In this document: positions 41,382 through 51,692 of the stretch, in pieces
Numbering within the stretch: position 1 is the first letter of the stretch
Layout of the letters: every line of letters starts with the position of its first letter
Assembly: GCA_030752605.1 (NCBI GenBank)
Contig: JASMDX010000034.1
Span: 6,608 to 70,607, forward strand
DNA: 64,000 bases
DNA from: Alphaproteobacteria bacterium
GTDB taxonomy: Bacteria; Pseudomonadota; Alphaproteobacteria; GCA-2731375
Direction: 5' to 3'
Notes under the pieces: generated by a model
Database searches by the model: none
Told to the model about the DNA's origin: nothing
Seen by the model: the letters and a program-made list of their open reading frames with translations, nothing else
Program-made: the position numbers and the translations under genes

Positions 41382-43205
41382 ATGCCGCTTCGCAATATTG
41401 CTATCATTGCCCACGTTGACCACGGTAAGACTACCCTGGTTGATGCCCTGTTCCGGCAATTGGGAACGTTCAGGGCCAATCAACAGATTGCCGAGCGGGC
41501 CATGGACTCCAATGATCTGGAACGCGAGCGCGGCATTACCATTTTGTCCAAGTGCACCTCCATCGAATGGCAGGACACCCGGATCAATATCGTTGATACG
41601 CCGGGCCATGCAGATTTCGGCGGCGAGGTCGAACGCATCCTGAAAATGGTCGATGGCGTCGTCCTGTTGGTCGACGCCGCCGAGGGTCCCATGCCACAAA
41701 CGAAGTTCGTTACCGGCAAGGCGCTGGCCCTGGGTCTGCGGCCCATCGTGGTGATCAACAAGATCGACCGTGGTGATGCCCGCCCTGACGAAGTGCTGGA
41801 CGAGGTCTTTGATTTGTTCACTGCGCTCGAGGCCAACGAAGATCAGCTGGACTTTCCCTATCTCTACGCGGTTGGCCGGGATGGCTGGGCCAGCGACGAT
41901 GCGGCGGCGGGCGGCGGTGATCTTACACCGTTGTTCGAGCTGCTGCTGCGCCATGTGCCGACCCCTACCGTGGACAAGGATGCGCCGTTCTCGATGATAG
42001 CAACCTTGCTGGATGCCGATCCGTATTTGGGTCGGGTCCTGACGGGCCGGGTTGAATCCGGCCGTCTGGCCCATAACGACACTATCCGTGCCCTGCGCGA
42101 CGACGGCAGTGTGGTGGAAACCACGCGGGTGACCAAGTTGCTGGCCTTTCGCGGCCTGGACCGGGTGTCGGTGGATGAGGTCGTGGCGGGTGATATTATC
42201 GCCATCGCCGGCTTGCAGCAGGCAACGGTCGCCGACACCATTGCCGATCCAGAGGTAATCGAGCCGATCATCGCCCCGCCCATCGATCCGCCGACCCTGG
42301 CCACGCGCTTTTCCATTAATGACTCGCCCTTGGCGGGACAAGATGGTTCAAAGGTGCAAAGCCGGGTGATCCGTGACCGCCTACTTTCGGAAGCGGAAGG
42401 CAACGTGGCCATCAAGATCTCCGAGACCAGCGAGAAAGACGCCTTCGAAGTCGCGGGCCGGGGTGAATTACAGCTGGGCGTATTAATCGAGACCATGCGC
42501 CGGGAAGGTTTCGAGCTGACAATAGGGCGCCCACGGGTGCTCTACCGCTCCGATCCCCAGACGGGCCAGCGCATGGAGCCCATCGAAGAAGTCTCTATCG
42601 ACGTAGATGACGAATTTACCGGCGTCGTGGTCGAAAAGATGGCCGAGCGCAAAGGCGAGATGACCGACATGCGCCCCTTTGGCATTGGCCGAACGCGGAT
42701 TACCTTCCTCGCTCCCTCACGCGGCTTGATCGGCTATCACGGTGAATTCCTCACCGATACCCGTGGAACCGGCATCATGAATCGGCTCTATCACAGTTAT
42801 GCGCCCTTCAAGGGACAGATCAGCGGCCGCCATTGCGGCGCCATCGTCTCTGCTCAGACCGGGGAGGCGGTACCCTTCGCCCTGTGGCATCTTGAGGAAC
42901 GCGGCGTGCTGTTTATCGGCGGCGGCGAACAGGTGTACGCGGGCATGGTGATCGGTGAGAATGCCAAGCCGTCGGACCTGGAAGTGAACCCGCTGAAGGC
43001 CAAGCAGCTGACCAATATCCGCGCCTCGGGCAAGGATGATGCGGTGCGCCTGACCACGCCGCGTCGAATGAGCCTGGAACAGGCCATTGCCTATATTGGT
43101 GATGATGAGGTGGTCGAGGTGACCCCCAACCATATCCGCCTGCGCAAGGCCACACTGGATCCCCATCAACGCAAACGGGAACGCCGCGCCGCCATGGCGG
43201 GGTAG
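41382..43205 (+). CDS. typA: Translational GTPase TypA/BipA
   Basis: [29 protein letters not shown] and GRGELQL motifs. Confidence 0.97.
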   Translation: MPLRNIAIIAHVDHGKTTLVDALFRQLGTFRANQQIAERAMDSNDLERERGITILSKCTSIEWQDTRINIVDTPGHADFGGEVERILKMVDGVVLLVDAAEGPMPQTKFVTGKALALGLRPIVVINKIDRGDARPDEVLDEVFDLFTALEANEDQLDFPYLYAVGRDGWASDDAAAGGGDLTPLFELLLRHVPTPTVDKDAPFSMIATLLDADPYLGRVLTGRVESGRLAHNDTIRALRDDGSVVETTRVTKLLAFRGLDRVSVDEVVAGDIIAIAGLQQATVADTIADPEVIEPIIAPPIDPPTLATRFSINDSPLAGQDGSKVQSRVIRDRLLSEAEGNVAIKISETSEKDAFEVAGRGELQLGVLIETMRREGFELTIGRPRVLYRSDPQTGQRMEPIEEVSIDVDDEFTGVVVEKMAERKGEMTDMRPFGIGRTRITFLAPSRGLIGYHGEFLTDTRGTGIMNRLYHSYAPFKGQISGRHCGAIVSAQTGEAVPFALWHLEERGVLFIGGGEQVYAGMVIGENAKPSDLEVNPLKAKQLTNIRASGKDDAVRLTTPRRMSLEQAIAYIGDDEVVEVTPNHIRLRKATLDPHQRKRERRAAMAG

Positions 43206-43499
43206 GGCGTTGTCCACTTATCTTTTGTAACCCTTGCGACGGCTGCTAATCTATTGGACTCGCAATGACGGTGTTCAGATATCAAATGAAGCGCTCGATG
43301 ATGCCAGAAGGTCAAACTAGGTTTAAGTTTAGGCGTAGACGTGGAGATAAATGCCAAGTGTACTTGAACTGGGTCGCGAAGCCAGGGCTATCCCAACAGG
43401 ATTTCGTGGAAAAGGTCGAGAAGTTGCTGCAGGAATGACAAAATCTACAGTCAGTAATGATTGAAACTTTGCCTTAGTGCATGTGGCAGCTTCTTGTAT

Positions 43500-43533
43500 C
43501 GTCATTGCCGGGCTTGACCCGGCAATCCAGGGC
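43500..43533. repeat. CGTC-type palindromic repeat
   Basis: CGTCATTGCCGGGCTTGACCCGGCAATCCAGGGC with stem ATTGCCGGG/CCCGGCAAT. Confidence 0.8.
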
Positions 43534-43774
43534 GGAGTGATGCAATAGAAATCGAATTCGGCTCAGATCAGATGGCGTGCGCCAATGGGATAGCCGCGGG
43601 TCTTCTTGTTTTTGGCATAGGTGGCGTGCAGCATCGTGCGGTTGTCGATCACGGCGATTTCAGTGGTGCCTGCGGGTCCAAGCCGGGCGGGCATGGGCGG
43701 GCTAACGCGTTTACCCAGCAGTGATGGCGGTCTAAACTCGCCGCATCCGAAGTTGCGTCGAGGACCGGTACCGT

Positions 43775-45169
43775 ATGAACACCGCTTTCCAGGAATTGAT
43801 GACCATCCGCGACCGCCCCGACGGCGCCGAGGTGGACATTACGGGCACCGACCCGGTTTTTTCGACCCGTTTCAAGGTGGCGGAAACCGGCGCTGGAATC
43901 TTGGCGGCGGTGGGCGTCGCGGTCGCCGATATCTGGGAGATGAAGACGGGCCGACGGCAGAGCGTTGCCGTCGATGTGCGCCATGCTGGCGCCGCCCTGA
44001 ACAGTTTTAGTTTCCTGCAGGCGCGCCAGGAAGACGGCAGCTATCAAGTCATGGGCAATTCCCCCGCCGCCACGGCCAACTATCAGATCACCCAGCCGTT
44101 TGCGACCAGGGATGGCCGCTGGTTCCTGCCGCATTTCGGTATCGCGCATCTGAAAGAGCGCGTGCTGGGCGTGCTGAAGTGCGAGGGCACGCCGGACGCG
44201 GTGGCGCGGGCTGTCGCGCAGTGGGATGCCCAGGAACTGGAGGATGCCATCGCCGGGGCCCAGGCTTGCGGCGGCATGATACGGACCAGAGAGGAATGGC
44301 TGGATCATCCCCAGGGCCGGGCCCTGGCGGCCCAGGCGGTGGTGGAGATCGAGAAAATCGGCGACAGCGCGTCCGAGCCGTTTTCGCCTGGCGGGGCGGC
44401 CCTGGACGGCATCCGGGTGCTGGATCTGACCCGTATCCTGGCTGGCCCAGTGGCGGCGCGGACCTGCGCCGAACATGGCGCCGATGTTCTGATGGTGGGG
44501 GCCAGAGGCCTGCCGCAAATCAAGAATTTCGTGGTCGATCTCTCCCATGGCAAACGCAGCTGCAACCTAAACCTCAATGACGGAGGGGAGGCGGAACAGT
44601 TGCTGGCCCTGGTGCGCGGCGCGGATGTCTTCTCCCAAGGGTTCCGTCCCGGTACCTTGGCGCGGCGCGGCTTCGGCGCGGAAGAACTGGCAGCACTGCG
44701 GCCCGGCCTGGTCTATACTTCCATCAATTGCTATGGCCAAGATGGCCCGTTCAAGGATCGGGCCGGTTGGGAGCAGGTGGCGCAATCCATCACCGGCATC
44801 TGTGACGAGCATGGAGAGGACCGGCCCACCCTGTTGCCGATCCCAGCCTGCGACTACACCACCGGTTATCTAGGCGCCTTCGGTACCCTTCTGGCCCTGG
44901 CCCGCCGCGCGGTAGAGGGCGGCAGCTATCACGTCAAGGTTTCGCTCTGCCAGTCGGGCATGTTCCTGCAACGCCAGGGCAGGGTGGATTATCCACGGGT
45001 CGAAATGGGGCATACGGGCGCGGAATATGCCGCGCTGCAGATGGCTTCGGACACCGCCTATGGACCGATCCGCCATCTGGCGCCAGTTATCAAATTCTCG
45101 GAATCAAAACCCGGCTGGTCGCGGCCATCGCCAGCCTTGGGAGCGGATGCGCCAGAGTGGCTGAACTAG
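43775..45169 (+). CDS. Family III CoA transferase (CaiB/BaiF, long form)
   Basis: GIRVLDLTRILAGP, HGKRS, ADVFSQGFRPG and DYTTG motifs. Confidence 0.9.
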   Translation: MNTAFQELMTIRDRPDGAEVDITGTDPVFSTRFKVAETGAGILAAVGVAVADIWEMKTGRRQSVAVDVRHAGAALNSFSFLQARQEDGSYQVMGNSPAATANYQITQPFATRDGRWFLPHFGIAHLKERVLGVLKCEGTPDAVARAVAQWDAQELEDAIAGAQACGGMIRTREEWLDHPQGRALAAQAVVEIEKIGDSASEPFSPGGAALDGIRVLDLTRILAGPVAARTCAEHGADVLMVGARGLPQIKNFVVDLSHGKRSCNLNLNDGGEAEQLLALVRGADVFSQGFRPGTLARRGFGAEELAALRPGLVYTSINCYGQDGPFKDRAGWEQVAQSITGICDEHGEDRPTLLPIPACDYTTGYLGAFGTLLALARRAVEGGSYHVKVSLCQSGMFLQRQGRVDYPRVEMGHTGAEYAALQMASDTAYGPIRHLAPVIKFSESKPGWSRPSPALGADAPEWLN

Positions 45170-45179
45170 AGGATTAACC

Positions 45180-46181
45180 ATGTCAGAGACAAACAGCCTG
45201 GCGCAATGCGAAGTAGATTTTGACCAAGACGGCGCCCAGCACGGCTTCCTGCGCCTGCCCTATTCCGTTCACCGCTCCGCATATGGCTGGATCCCCGTGC
45301 CCATCGTGATGTTCAAGAACGGCGCCGGACCCACGGCCCTGGTTATCGCCGGCAATCATGGCGATGAATACGAAGGCCAGGTCACTCTGAGCAAATTGTG
45401 CCGGGAGTTGGTGGCGGAGGATATCCAGGGCCGTCTGATTATTCTGCCCATGGCCAATTATCCAGCCGCGCATGCCGGCATGCGGACCTCGCCCTTTGAC
45501 GAAGGTAACCTGAACCGTAGCTTTCCCGGTGATCCCGGCGGTACGCCGACGGAAATGATCGCGCATTATATCGAAGAAGTCCTGATGCCCCTATGCGATT
45601 ACTTCTTTGATCTGCATTCGGGCGGTTCATCGTTGCGTTATCCGGCCACGGTGTTGCGCAAGCGCGGCGAAACGGCGGAAAAGGAAGCCGCGTTGCAGGC
45701 CCTGCAATTGGCCTTTGATGGCACCTACGGCTTTATCTTTGGCCGCCCCGGCGACCCTCGTGTTTCCTCCGCTGCCGCGCGCCGAAAAGGCGTCCTGGGC
45801 CTGACCACGGAACTGGGTGGCGCGGGCACGGTGACGCCGGATATCCTGGCCCTGGCCGAACGCGGCGTGCGGCGGTTGTTGCATCACATCGGCCTGCTAC
45901 CCGGCTATCAGCCCGATGCCGTACGCGGCACCCGCCTGATGGAACTGACCAGCACTGATCTGTTCGTATACGCCCGCGACGAGGGCCTGTTCGAGCCTTA
46001 TGTGGATCTATTGGCCGAGGTCAAAAAGGGCCAGCCAGCGGGCGCGATCCACCAGCCCGAAACGCCCTGGCTACCGCCTACCGAATGTTTTTTCGACCAC
46101 GACGGCCTGGTAATCTGCGAACGCATCCCAGCCCGTGTCCAGCGTGGCGATTGCCTGTTTCATCTGGCGACGGACATTTGA
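45180..46181 (+). CDS. Succinylglutamate desuccinylase/aspartoacylase-family deacylase (DoeB-like)
   Basis: AGNHGDEYEG, NLNRSFPG, DLHSGG and TELGG motifs. Confidence 0.88.
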   Translation: MSETNSLAQCEVDFDQDGAQHGFLRLPYSVHRSAYGWIPVPIVMFKNGAGPTALVIAGNHGDEYEGQVTLSKLCRELVAEDIQGRLIILPMANYPAAHAGMRTSPFDEGNLNRSFPGDPGGTPTEMIAHYIEEVLMPLCDYFFDLHSGGSSLRYPATVLRKRGETAEKEAALQALQLAFDGTYGFIFGRPGDPRVSSAAARRKGVLGLTTELGGAGTVTPDILALAERGVRRLLHHIGLLPGYQPDAVRGTRLMELTSTDLFVYARDEGLFEPYVDLLAEVKKGQPAGAIHQPETPWLPPTECFFDHDGLVICERIPARVQRGDCLFHLATDI

Positions 46182-46191
46182 CGCTGTCAGG

Positions 46192-47616
46192 TTATTGTAC
46201 CGCTGTCTTGAAACCGGAGTATTTCGGCTGATCGATGGCGATTTGATTGACCACCGTTTGGCGCAGGTGTTTGGCAAGGCCGGGATGGTCTAAGGCGATC
46301 TCGGCGTTGCGAAGACCTTCGACCAGGCGCCAGCGCAATTCATCAAGGCCACCTTTGGTGACGAACAAGGCCTCCAGGCGCTGGTGTTCCCTTCGGCGCT
46401 GTTCCGGGCCCAGAGCATGATCACGCAATACAATGTCTAGGGAATTGCCCGCCACCCGCGCCATGAAGTTCGTGCGGCCCCGAGTCTCGGCCATGACGTC
46501 GCCGTGCAGGAAATCGCGCACGCTGGCCAACAGCTCGCCGATCCTGGGCATCTCCTGGCTACTCTCGCCGGTGGCCTGGACCGGCTCGACGTCGCCGGGG
46601 ATCAGCAGGTTGACGCAATCCACCTGACATTCCGAACTGCGCCTCCCGATGGCCGGGCGCTCCACCGTCGCGTCGGGACCGTTGCGGTAGTGTTCCGCCA
46701 TGCCCAGACAGCCGATGGCCCACCAGAACGAACCGAAGACTTCCCAGAACTTCACATGGTCGGGATCGACGGTTTGCCCCGAGACCGCTTCGTAGCCGGC
46801 GAACAGGTCTTCGTAGGTGCCGAAACCACCCACCGGCAGTTCGCTACCAAACCGCCATGAATTGGTGCAGATCCAGCCTAGATCGCGCATGGGATCGCCG
46901 ATATGGGCGACCTCCCAATCCAGCACCGCCACCACGCCGTCCGGCGAAATCATCAGATTGCCATTACGGAAATCGTTATGCACCAGGGCTGTTTCCACGC
47001 CTTGTGGCAGATGATCCAGCAACCAGCGCCCAGCATAGTCAATCATCGGCTGCGGCGTTCTGAAAGCCTTGTAGCGGTCCCAGGTGGTGTGCACATAGTC
47101 TGCCGGTGTCATGGTTTTCAGCCATTGATCCAGGCTGGTGGCTTGTAGATCGATGGCATGGATACGGGCCAGGATCTGGCCGCATTCATAGGCCAGCTTG
47201 GGCCGAATCGCCGCCAACTCCGGCGAACGGACAATGCGTGCGCCCAGGGCCTCGCCCTCCAGCCAGGACATGATGAAACCTTCGCCCAGGCCGTCATCTC
47301 CGGCCAGAATATAATAGACCTCCGGCTCCGGCACGCCGACCGCCCTGGCCGACTGCATCAACAGGGCCTCCGCCGCCAGGCCGGGATTGTAGGAGATACG
47401 GCTCTCTTCGTGGCCGCCGCCGTCTGCACTGGCTCCGCCGCCAGGCGCCCGGCGCAGGGCCAACAGGCGCTCAACTCCATCTGCACCTGCGATGGTCAGA
47501 CGATAAGTTTCCTGGCTGGCCCCTCCAGACAGGCGTTCAGCCGAAAGCAGTTTCCGGCAATCAGCCAGCTGCCGTATTAGCACTGTTTCCAGTTTTGCCT
47601 CAAAGCTCTCTGTCAC
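46192..47616 (-). CDS. APH-family phosphotransferase with C-terminal helical extension
   Basis: LSGGASQET, LVHNDFRNGN, LDWE and GDPMRDLGW motifs; C-terminal LAIDQPKY-type motif (IAIDQPKY). Confidence 0.85.
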   Translation of the reverse strand: MTESFEAKLETVLIRQLADCRKLLSAERLSGGASQETYRLTIAGADGVERLLALRRAPGGGASADGGGHEESRISYNPGLAAEALLMQSARAVGVPEPEVYYILAGDDGLGEGFIMSWLEGEALGARIVRSPELAAIRPKLAYECGQILARIHAIDLQATSLDQWLKTMTPADYVHTTWDRYKAFRTPQPMIDYAGRWLLDHLPQGVETALVHNDFRNGNLMISPDGVVAVLDWEVAHIGDPMRDLGWICTNSWRFGSELPVGGFGTYEDLFAGYEAVSGQTVDPDHVKFWEVFGSFWWAIGCLGMAEHYRNGPDATVERPAIGRRSSECQVDCVNLLIPGDVEPVQATGESSQEMPRIGELLASVRDFLHGDVMAETRGRTNFMARVAGNSLDIVLRDHALGPEQRRREHQRLEALFVTKGGLDELRWRLVEGLRNAEIALDHPGLAKHLRQTVVNQIAIDQPKYSGFKTAVQ

Positions 47617-47648
47617 CTGAACCCTGCCTTACTCGTACCGCGCGGCGA

Positions 47649-48647
47649 TCAATCGTCCAAAATATCCATGCCGTCGAACAGGATTGAGGACATATAACGC
47701 TCTGCGAAATCAGGCACGATGGCGACCACGGTCTTGCCCTTCATGCCGTCGCGGGCGGCAACGCGCAGGGCGGCGGCCACCGCCGCGCCGGAGGAAATAC
47801 CGCAGGGGATGCCTTCCGAGGTCGCCATCGATTTCGCCGCATCGATGGCGTCATCATTGCTGATCTGCTCGATGCCGTCGATTAGATCCGTATCCAGCAC
47901 CGGGGGTATGAAGCCGGCGCCGATGCCCTGGATCATATGGGGGCTGTGGCTGCCGCCCGATATCACGGGGCTGTCTTCCGGTTCCACGGCGACAATCTGG
48001 ACGTCCGCCTTTTTGGCCTTCAAGCTGCACGCGACCCCGGTCAGGGTGCCGCCCGTGCCAACGCCCATGACTACCGTATCCACGTTACTGGCGGTATCGA
48101 CCCAGATTTCCTCGGCCGTGGTGCGGCGGTGGATTTCCGGATTAGCGGGATGACCGAATTGATAGGGCATCACTGCCTTGTCGATGCCTTTGACCAGTCC
48201 CTCGGCCTTTTTAGTGGCGCCGTTGATACCTTCGGCCCGTGGCGTCAGTTCCAGCTCCGCCCCTAGGGCGATGAACATTTTACGCCGTTCGACGGAAAAA
48301 CTGTCAGGCATTGTCAGGATACAACGGTAGCCCTTGGCGGCGCAGACAAAGGCCAGGCCGACGCCGGTATTTCCCGAAGTGGGTTCGATGATGGTGGAGC
48401 CAGGGCCGATACTGCCGTCCGCCTCCATAGCCGCGATCATGGCAACGGCCAGGCGGTCCTTGACCGATGACATGGGATTGAAGAATTCCAGTTTGACCAA
48501 AACCTCCGCCTTGGCGCTGGCCTTCTCGGCGATATCGTTCAGCCGCACCAAGGGCGTGTTGCCGATGGTCTCGGTAATATCGCCATAAATGCGGCCACGG
48601 CCAGGCGGGTCCAGGTTCAGATCGGTGTTATCCAGCGGATTGTTCAT
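47649..48647 (-). CDS. cysK: Cysteine synthase A
   Basis: IGNTPLVRL, SSVKDR, EPTSGNTG, GVGTGGT and IQGIGAG motifs. Confidence 0.94.
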   Translation of the reverse strand: MNNPLDNTDLNLDPPGRGRIYGDITETIGNTPLVRLNDIAEKASAKAEVLVKLEFFNPMSSVKDRLAVAMIAAMEADGSIGPGSTIIEPTSGNTGVGLAFVCAAKGYRCILTMPDSFSVERRKMFIALGAELELTPRAEGINGATKKAEGLVKGIDKAVMPYQFGHPANPEIHRRTTAEEIWVDTASNVDTVVMGVGTGGTLTGVACSLKAKKADVQIVAVEPEDSPVISGGSHSPHMIQGIGAGFIPPVLDTDLIDGIEQISNDDAIDAAKSMATSEGIPCGISSGAAVAAALRVAARDGMKGKTVVAIVPDFAERYMSSILFDGMDILDD

Positions 48648-48741
48648 GATTGTTTTCCCCCATTAGTAATGCTGTTTCCTGCAACCCATCCTGACAAAGT
48701 TGCAAATTTTCAGCAATCATTCTGTCCTTCAACACAGCCAT

Positions 48742-50250
48742 TTAGGCTTCTGCTTTCGCATCTGGGCTTTTTCGGATTACGAACAGAAATGCCACGGGCG
48801 CGGCCAGGGCTGAGGCCAGGGTGAGCAGGTGGAAGGCATTGATATAGCCAATCATCGAGGCCTGATGGCGTACCTCCTCGAGCAGACGCGCGTGTAGGGG
48901 CGGCGTGCCCGGTTCGCCCAGGATGGTGATCCAGAGGCTCAGGTTGCGCAGATCAAAGGCATCGATCATGGCGTTCAAATTGACAGTGGCTTCGGCGGAT
49001 GTGCGGAAAAATACCACCAGGGTCAGGGCGATGAATATAGAGCTGCCCAACAGACGGCACAGCGAGAAGATGGCATTGCCCTGGGTCAATAGGTGTTTGG
49101 GTAGGGTGGAAAAGGTCAATACCGCCATGGGGGTATAGGCGGTGCCGAAACCGATGCCGTGGAGGATATTGGTCCAGAATACATCCGCCGTGGTGATATT
49201 GATATCCAGCGAGGACATCCAAAGTCCCGCCACTGATTGCAAGGTCAGTCCGGTGAACAGGCAAAGCCGGGCGTTGAAGCGGGTAAACTGAACAACGATG
49301 AAGAAACTGAGGAAGTTGCCCATGCCGCGGGCTGAAATCAGATAGCCTACGATAGAATCGGGATAGCCGCGCAAATCTTGCAGCAAGGGCGGAAACAACA
49401 CCATGGGTGTAAATTGCAGCATGCCCATGATCAGGGCCAAGGTAATGCCGATAGTGAAGTTACGGTCCCTGAAAGTCACCGGGTCGAACAAGGCATGACG
49501 TGAAGTCAGAATATGAACGATGAACAGATAAAAGAACACGATGGCGAGAAGCAATTCCAGCTGGATTTCATAACTCTCCAGCCAGTCCAGCTGCTGTCCC
49601 CTATCGAACATCAATTGCGTGGCGCCGATGGCGATGGCGATCAGCACGAAACCCAGATAGTCGAACCGCCGCGCCCTGCCTTTTTCTTGATTGGAGAGCG
49701 CGGCGAAGGCTAGCAGGCCGGCGACCAGGCCTGCGGGCAGGATCATGAAAAAGGCCCAGCGCCAGTTGACCAACTCGGCCATCAGGCCGCCGAACAACGG
49801 CCCCAGGATCGGCCCCATGACGCCGCCCACGCCCCAGGCCATCAAAATGAACGGATGTTGCGCCTTGGAAAAACTGGCAAGCAGAATGGCCTGGCCCAAG
49901 GGAAAGATCGGCGCTCCGAACAGGCCTTGCAGAACGCGGGCCAGCAACATGGTTTCCAGGGAATCCGCCGTCCCTGCCAGCACGGAAAATGAGGTGAAGC
50001 CGGCGATCGCACCGACCATCAGATTGCGCCAGCCCAGTTTCGAGGCCAGCCATCCGGTCAGGGGTGTGGCGATGGCGGTGGCGACGAGATTGAAGGTAAT
50101 TATCCAGGAAACTTGTTCCTGGGTCGCCGACAGCGCCCCCTTCATCTGTGGCAGGATCACCGCGACCGAGGTCATGGTGGCGCCAAACAGCAGGGTGGCA
50201 AACTGCACCGTCAGCAGGATCAGCCATTGCCGCAATGTTAAATGGCGCAT
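48742..50250 (-). CDS. DHA2-family (EmrB-like) MFS efflux permease
   Basis: 14 TM segments; SWIITFNLVATAIATP, GPILGP and FDRGQQLDW motifs. Confidence 0.9.
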   Translation of the reverse strand: MRHLTLRQWLILLTVQFATLLFGATMTSVAVILPQMKGALSATQEQVSWIITFNLVATAIATPLTGWLASKLGWRNLMVGAIAGFTSFSVLAGTADSLETMLLARVLQGLFGAPIFPLGQAILLASFSKAQHPFILMAWGVGGVMGPILGPLFGGLMAELVNWRWAFFMILPAGLVAGLLAFAALSNQEKGRARRFDYLGFVLIAIAIGATQLMFDRGQQLDWLESYEIQLELLLAIVFFYLFIVHILTSRHALFDPVTFRDRNFTIGITLALIMGMLQFTPMVLFPPLLQDLRGYPDSIVGYLISARGMGNFLSFFIVVQFTRFNARLCLFTGLTLQSVAGLWMSSLDINITTADVFWTNILHGIGFGTAYTPMAVLTFSTLPKHLLTQGNAIFSLCRLLGSSIFIALTLVVFFRTSAEATVNLNAMIDAFDLRNLSLWITILGEPGTPPLHARLLEEVRHQASMIGYINAFHLLTLASALAAPVAFLFVIRKSPDAKAEA

Positions 50251-50467
50251 GCTCCCGGCGTCCTATGGCAAGCCGGCTTCATGAAGGGGGAAGCCACCGT
50301 TAGAGTGCGCCGAATTGCCCGGCCATGCCAGGCCGCGATCCGGCAATGATATGAAGCGCCCCATGGACATCGTGAAAGATCACCCTCGTCAAACAAGGCT
50401 GAAGTGTATAGGGCATGGGCGGACCTGGATATGGCCAAGGCGGCGGTACGCCATTTGGCGGGTGATT

Positions 50468-51691
50468 TCAAGTTACCGAAACAGGTAGTTTGTCAAATCC
50501 GCGAAAACGCACACGGGGGCTTAGCTGGGCGTCGCCATTTCTTTTGAGATTTGGAAAGCGCTGAATGAATTTTCCGATCGCGACTCTGCCCTCAATGCGC
50601 CCCAGGGTGTTACCCATGCAGATATGCTTGCCAAGGCCAAAGGCGATCTGGCGGTTTGGATTGCGCGCGATATTGACATTTTCCGGATCGTAAAACTGTG
50701 CCGGATCACGGTTGGCGGCGGCGATGCAGCAATGAATGAACGATCTGGCGGGAATGGTGGTTTCGCCAAACACCACGTCTTCCATCGCCTTGCGGTTGCC
50801 GATCTGCAGCGGTGATTGATAGCGTAGGGATTCTTCGATTGCGCCATGGATCAATTCCGGGTCATCCCGCAGCCGTTGCAATTGATCAGGCGCCCCCAAC
50901 AACATATCGATACTGTTGCCAATCAGATTGGCCGTCGTTTCATGGCCGGCATTGAGAAGGAAGATGCAGTTTTGCACCAATTCCACCGGGCTTAGGCGTT
51001 CACCATCGACTTCGCCGAAGATCAGTGCGGAAAGTACTTCGCCGATCTGACTACTATCGGGATTTTCCCGGCGTTTGGCGATCAGCTCGTTCAGCATCTC
51101 CTCGAATTCTAGGACCGCCCCTTCGCCGGCGCGGAGGCCCTCGGGCGAAACCACGGGATCGAGCGCGCCAAGAATAAGGTTGGAATATCCGCGCAGCAAA
51201 TGCCGCTGCCCTTCGGGCACGCCCAACATGTCCGAAATCACCTGGGTCGGCAGAGCCAGGGCATAGTCTTCGATGATTTCAAAATCGCCCAAGGCCTCTA
51301 GCTTGTCCAACAGCTCATCGATCACCCTTTCGACCACCGGCTCCAACTCGGCCAGTTTGCGCGGCGTGAAGGCGGCGGCCAGCAGTTTGCGGACCCGGGT
51401 ATGAATGGGCGGATCATTGAACACTAGGCTAGTGGTGTGATGGGTATATAGGGGCCCATCGCCAAATCTGGGTTTGAAGGCGATTTTCTTGTCGGAACTC
51501 ATGGCGGGATGCTTGAACGATTGCACGACGTCGTCGTAGCGGGTCAGGAAGTAGGAACCATCCGCGTTCCGGTGCACGGGGTCGTTTTCGCGCAACATCC
51601 GATAGGTGGGAAAGGGGTCGCGTGCCGCCACGTTGTCAAAATCGCTTAGATTGAAGGCTTTCGCCATTTCAAGATTGGACATGTTCGCCAT
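50468..51691 (-). CDS. Cytochrome P450
   Basis: DPPIHTRVR, AGHETT, ESLR (ExxR) and FGLGKHICMG heme motifs. Confidence 0.95.
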   Translation of the reverse strand: MANMSNLEMAKAFNLSDFDNVAARDPFPTYRMLRENDPVHRNADGSYFLTRYDDVVQSFKHPAMSSDKKIAFKPRFGDGPLYTHHTTSLVFNDPPIHTRVRKLLAAAFTPRKLAELEPVVERVIDELLDKLEALGDFEIIEDYALALPTQVISDMLGVPEGQRHLLRGYSNLILGALDPVVSPEGLRAGEGAVLEFEEMLNELIAKRRENPDSSQIGEVLSALIFGEVDGERLSPVELVQNCIFLLNAGHETTANLIGNSIDMLLGAPDQLQRLRDDPELIHGAIEESLRYQSPLQIGNRKAMEDVVFGETTIPARSFIHCCIAAANRDPAQFYDPENVNIARNPNRQIAFGLGKHICMGNTLGRIEGRVAIGKFIQRFPNLKRNGDAQLSPRVRFRGFDKLPVSVT

Positions 51692-51692
51692 T

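Noticed and set aside
50251-50467. Coding-like sequence between the DHA2 gene and the P450
   Set aside because: It could not be assigned to any family and is too short to support a call.
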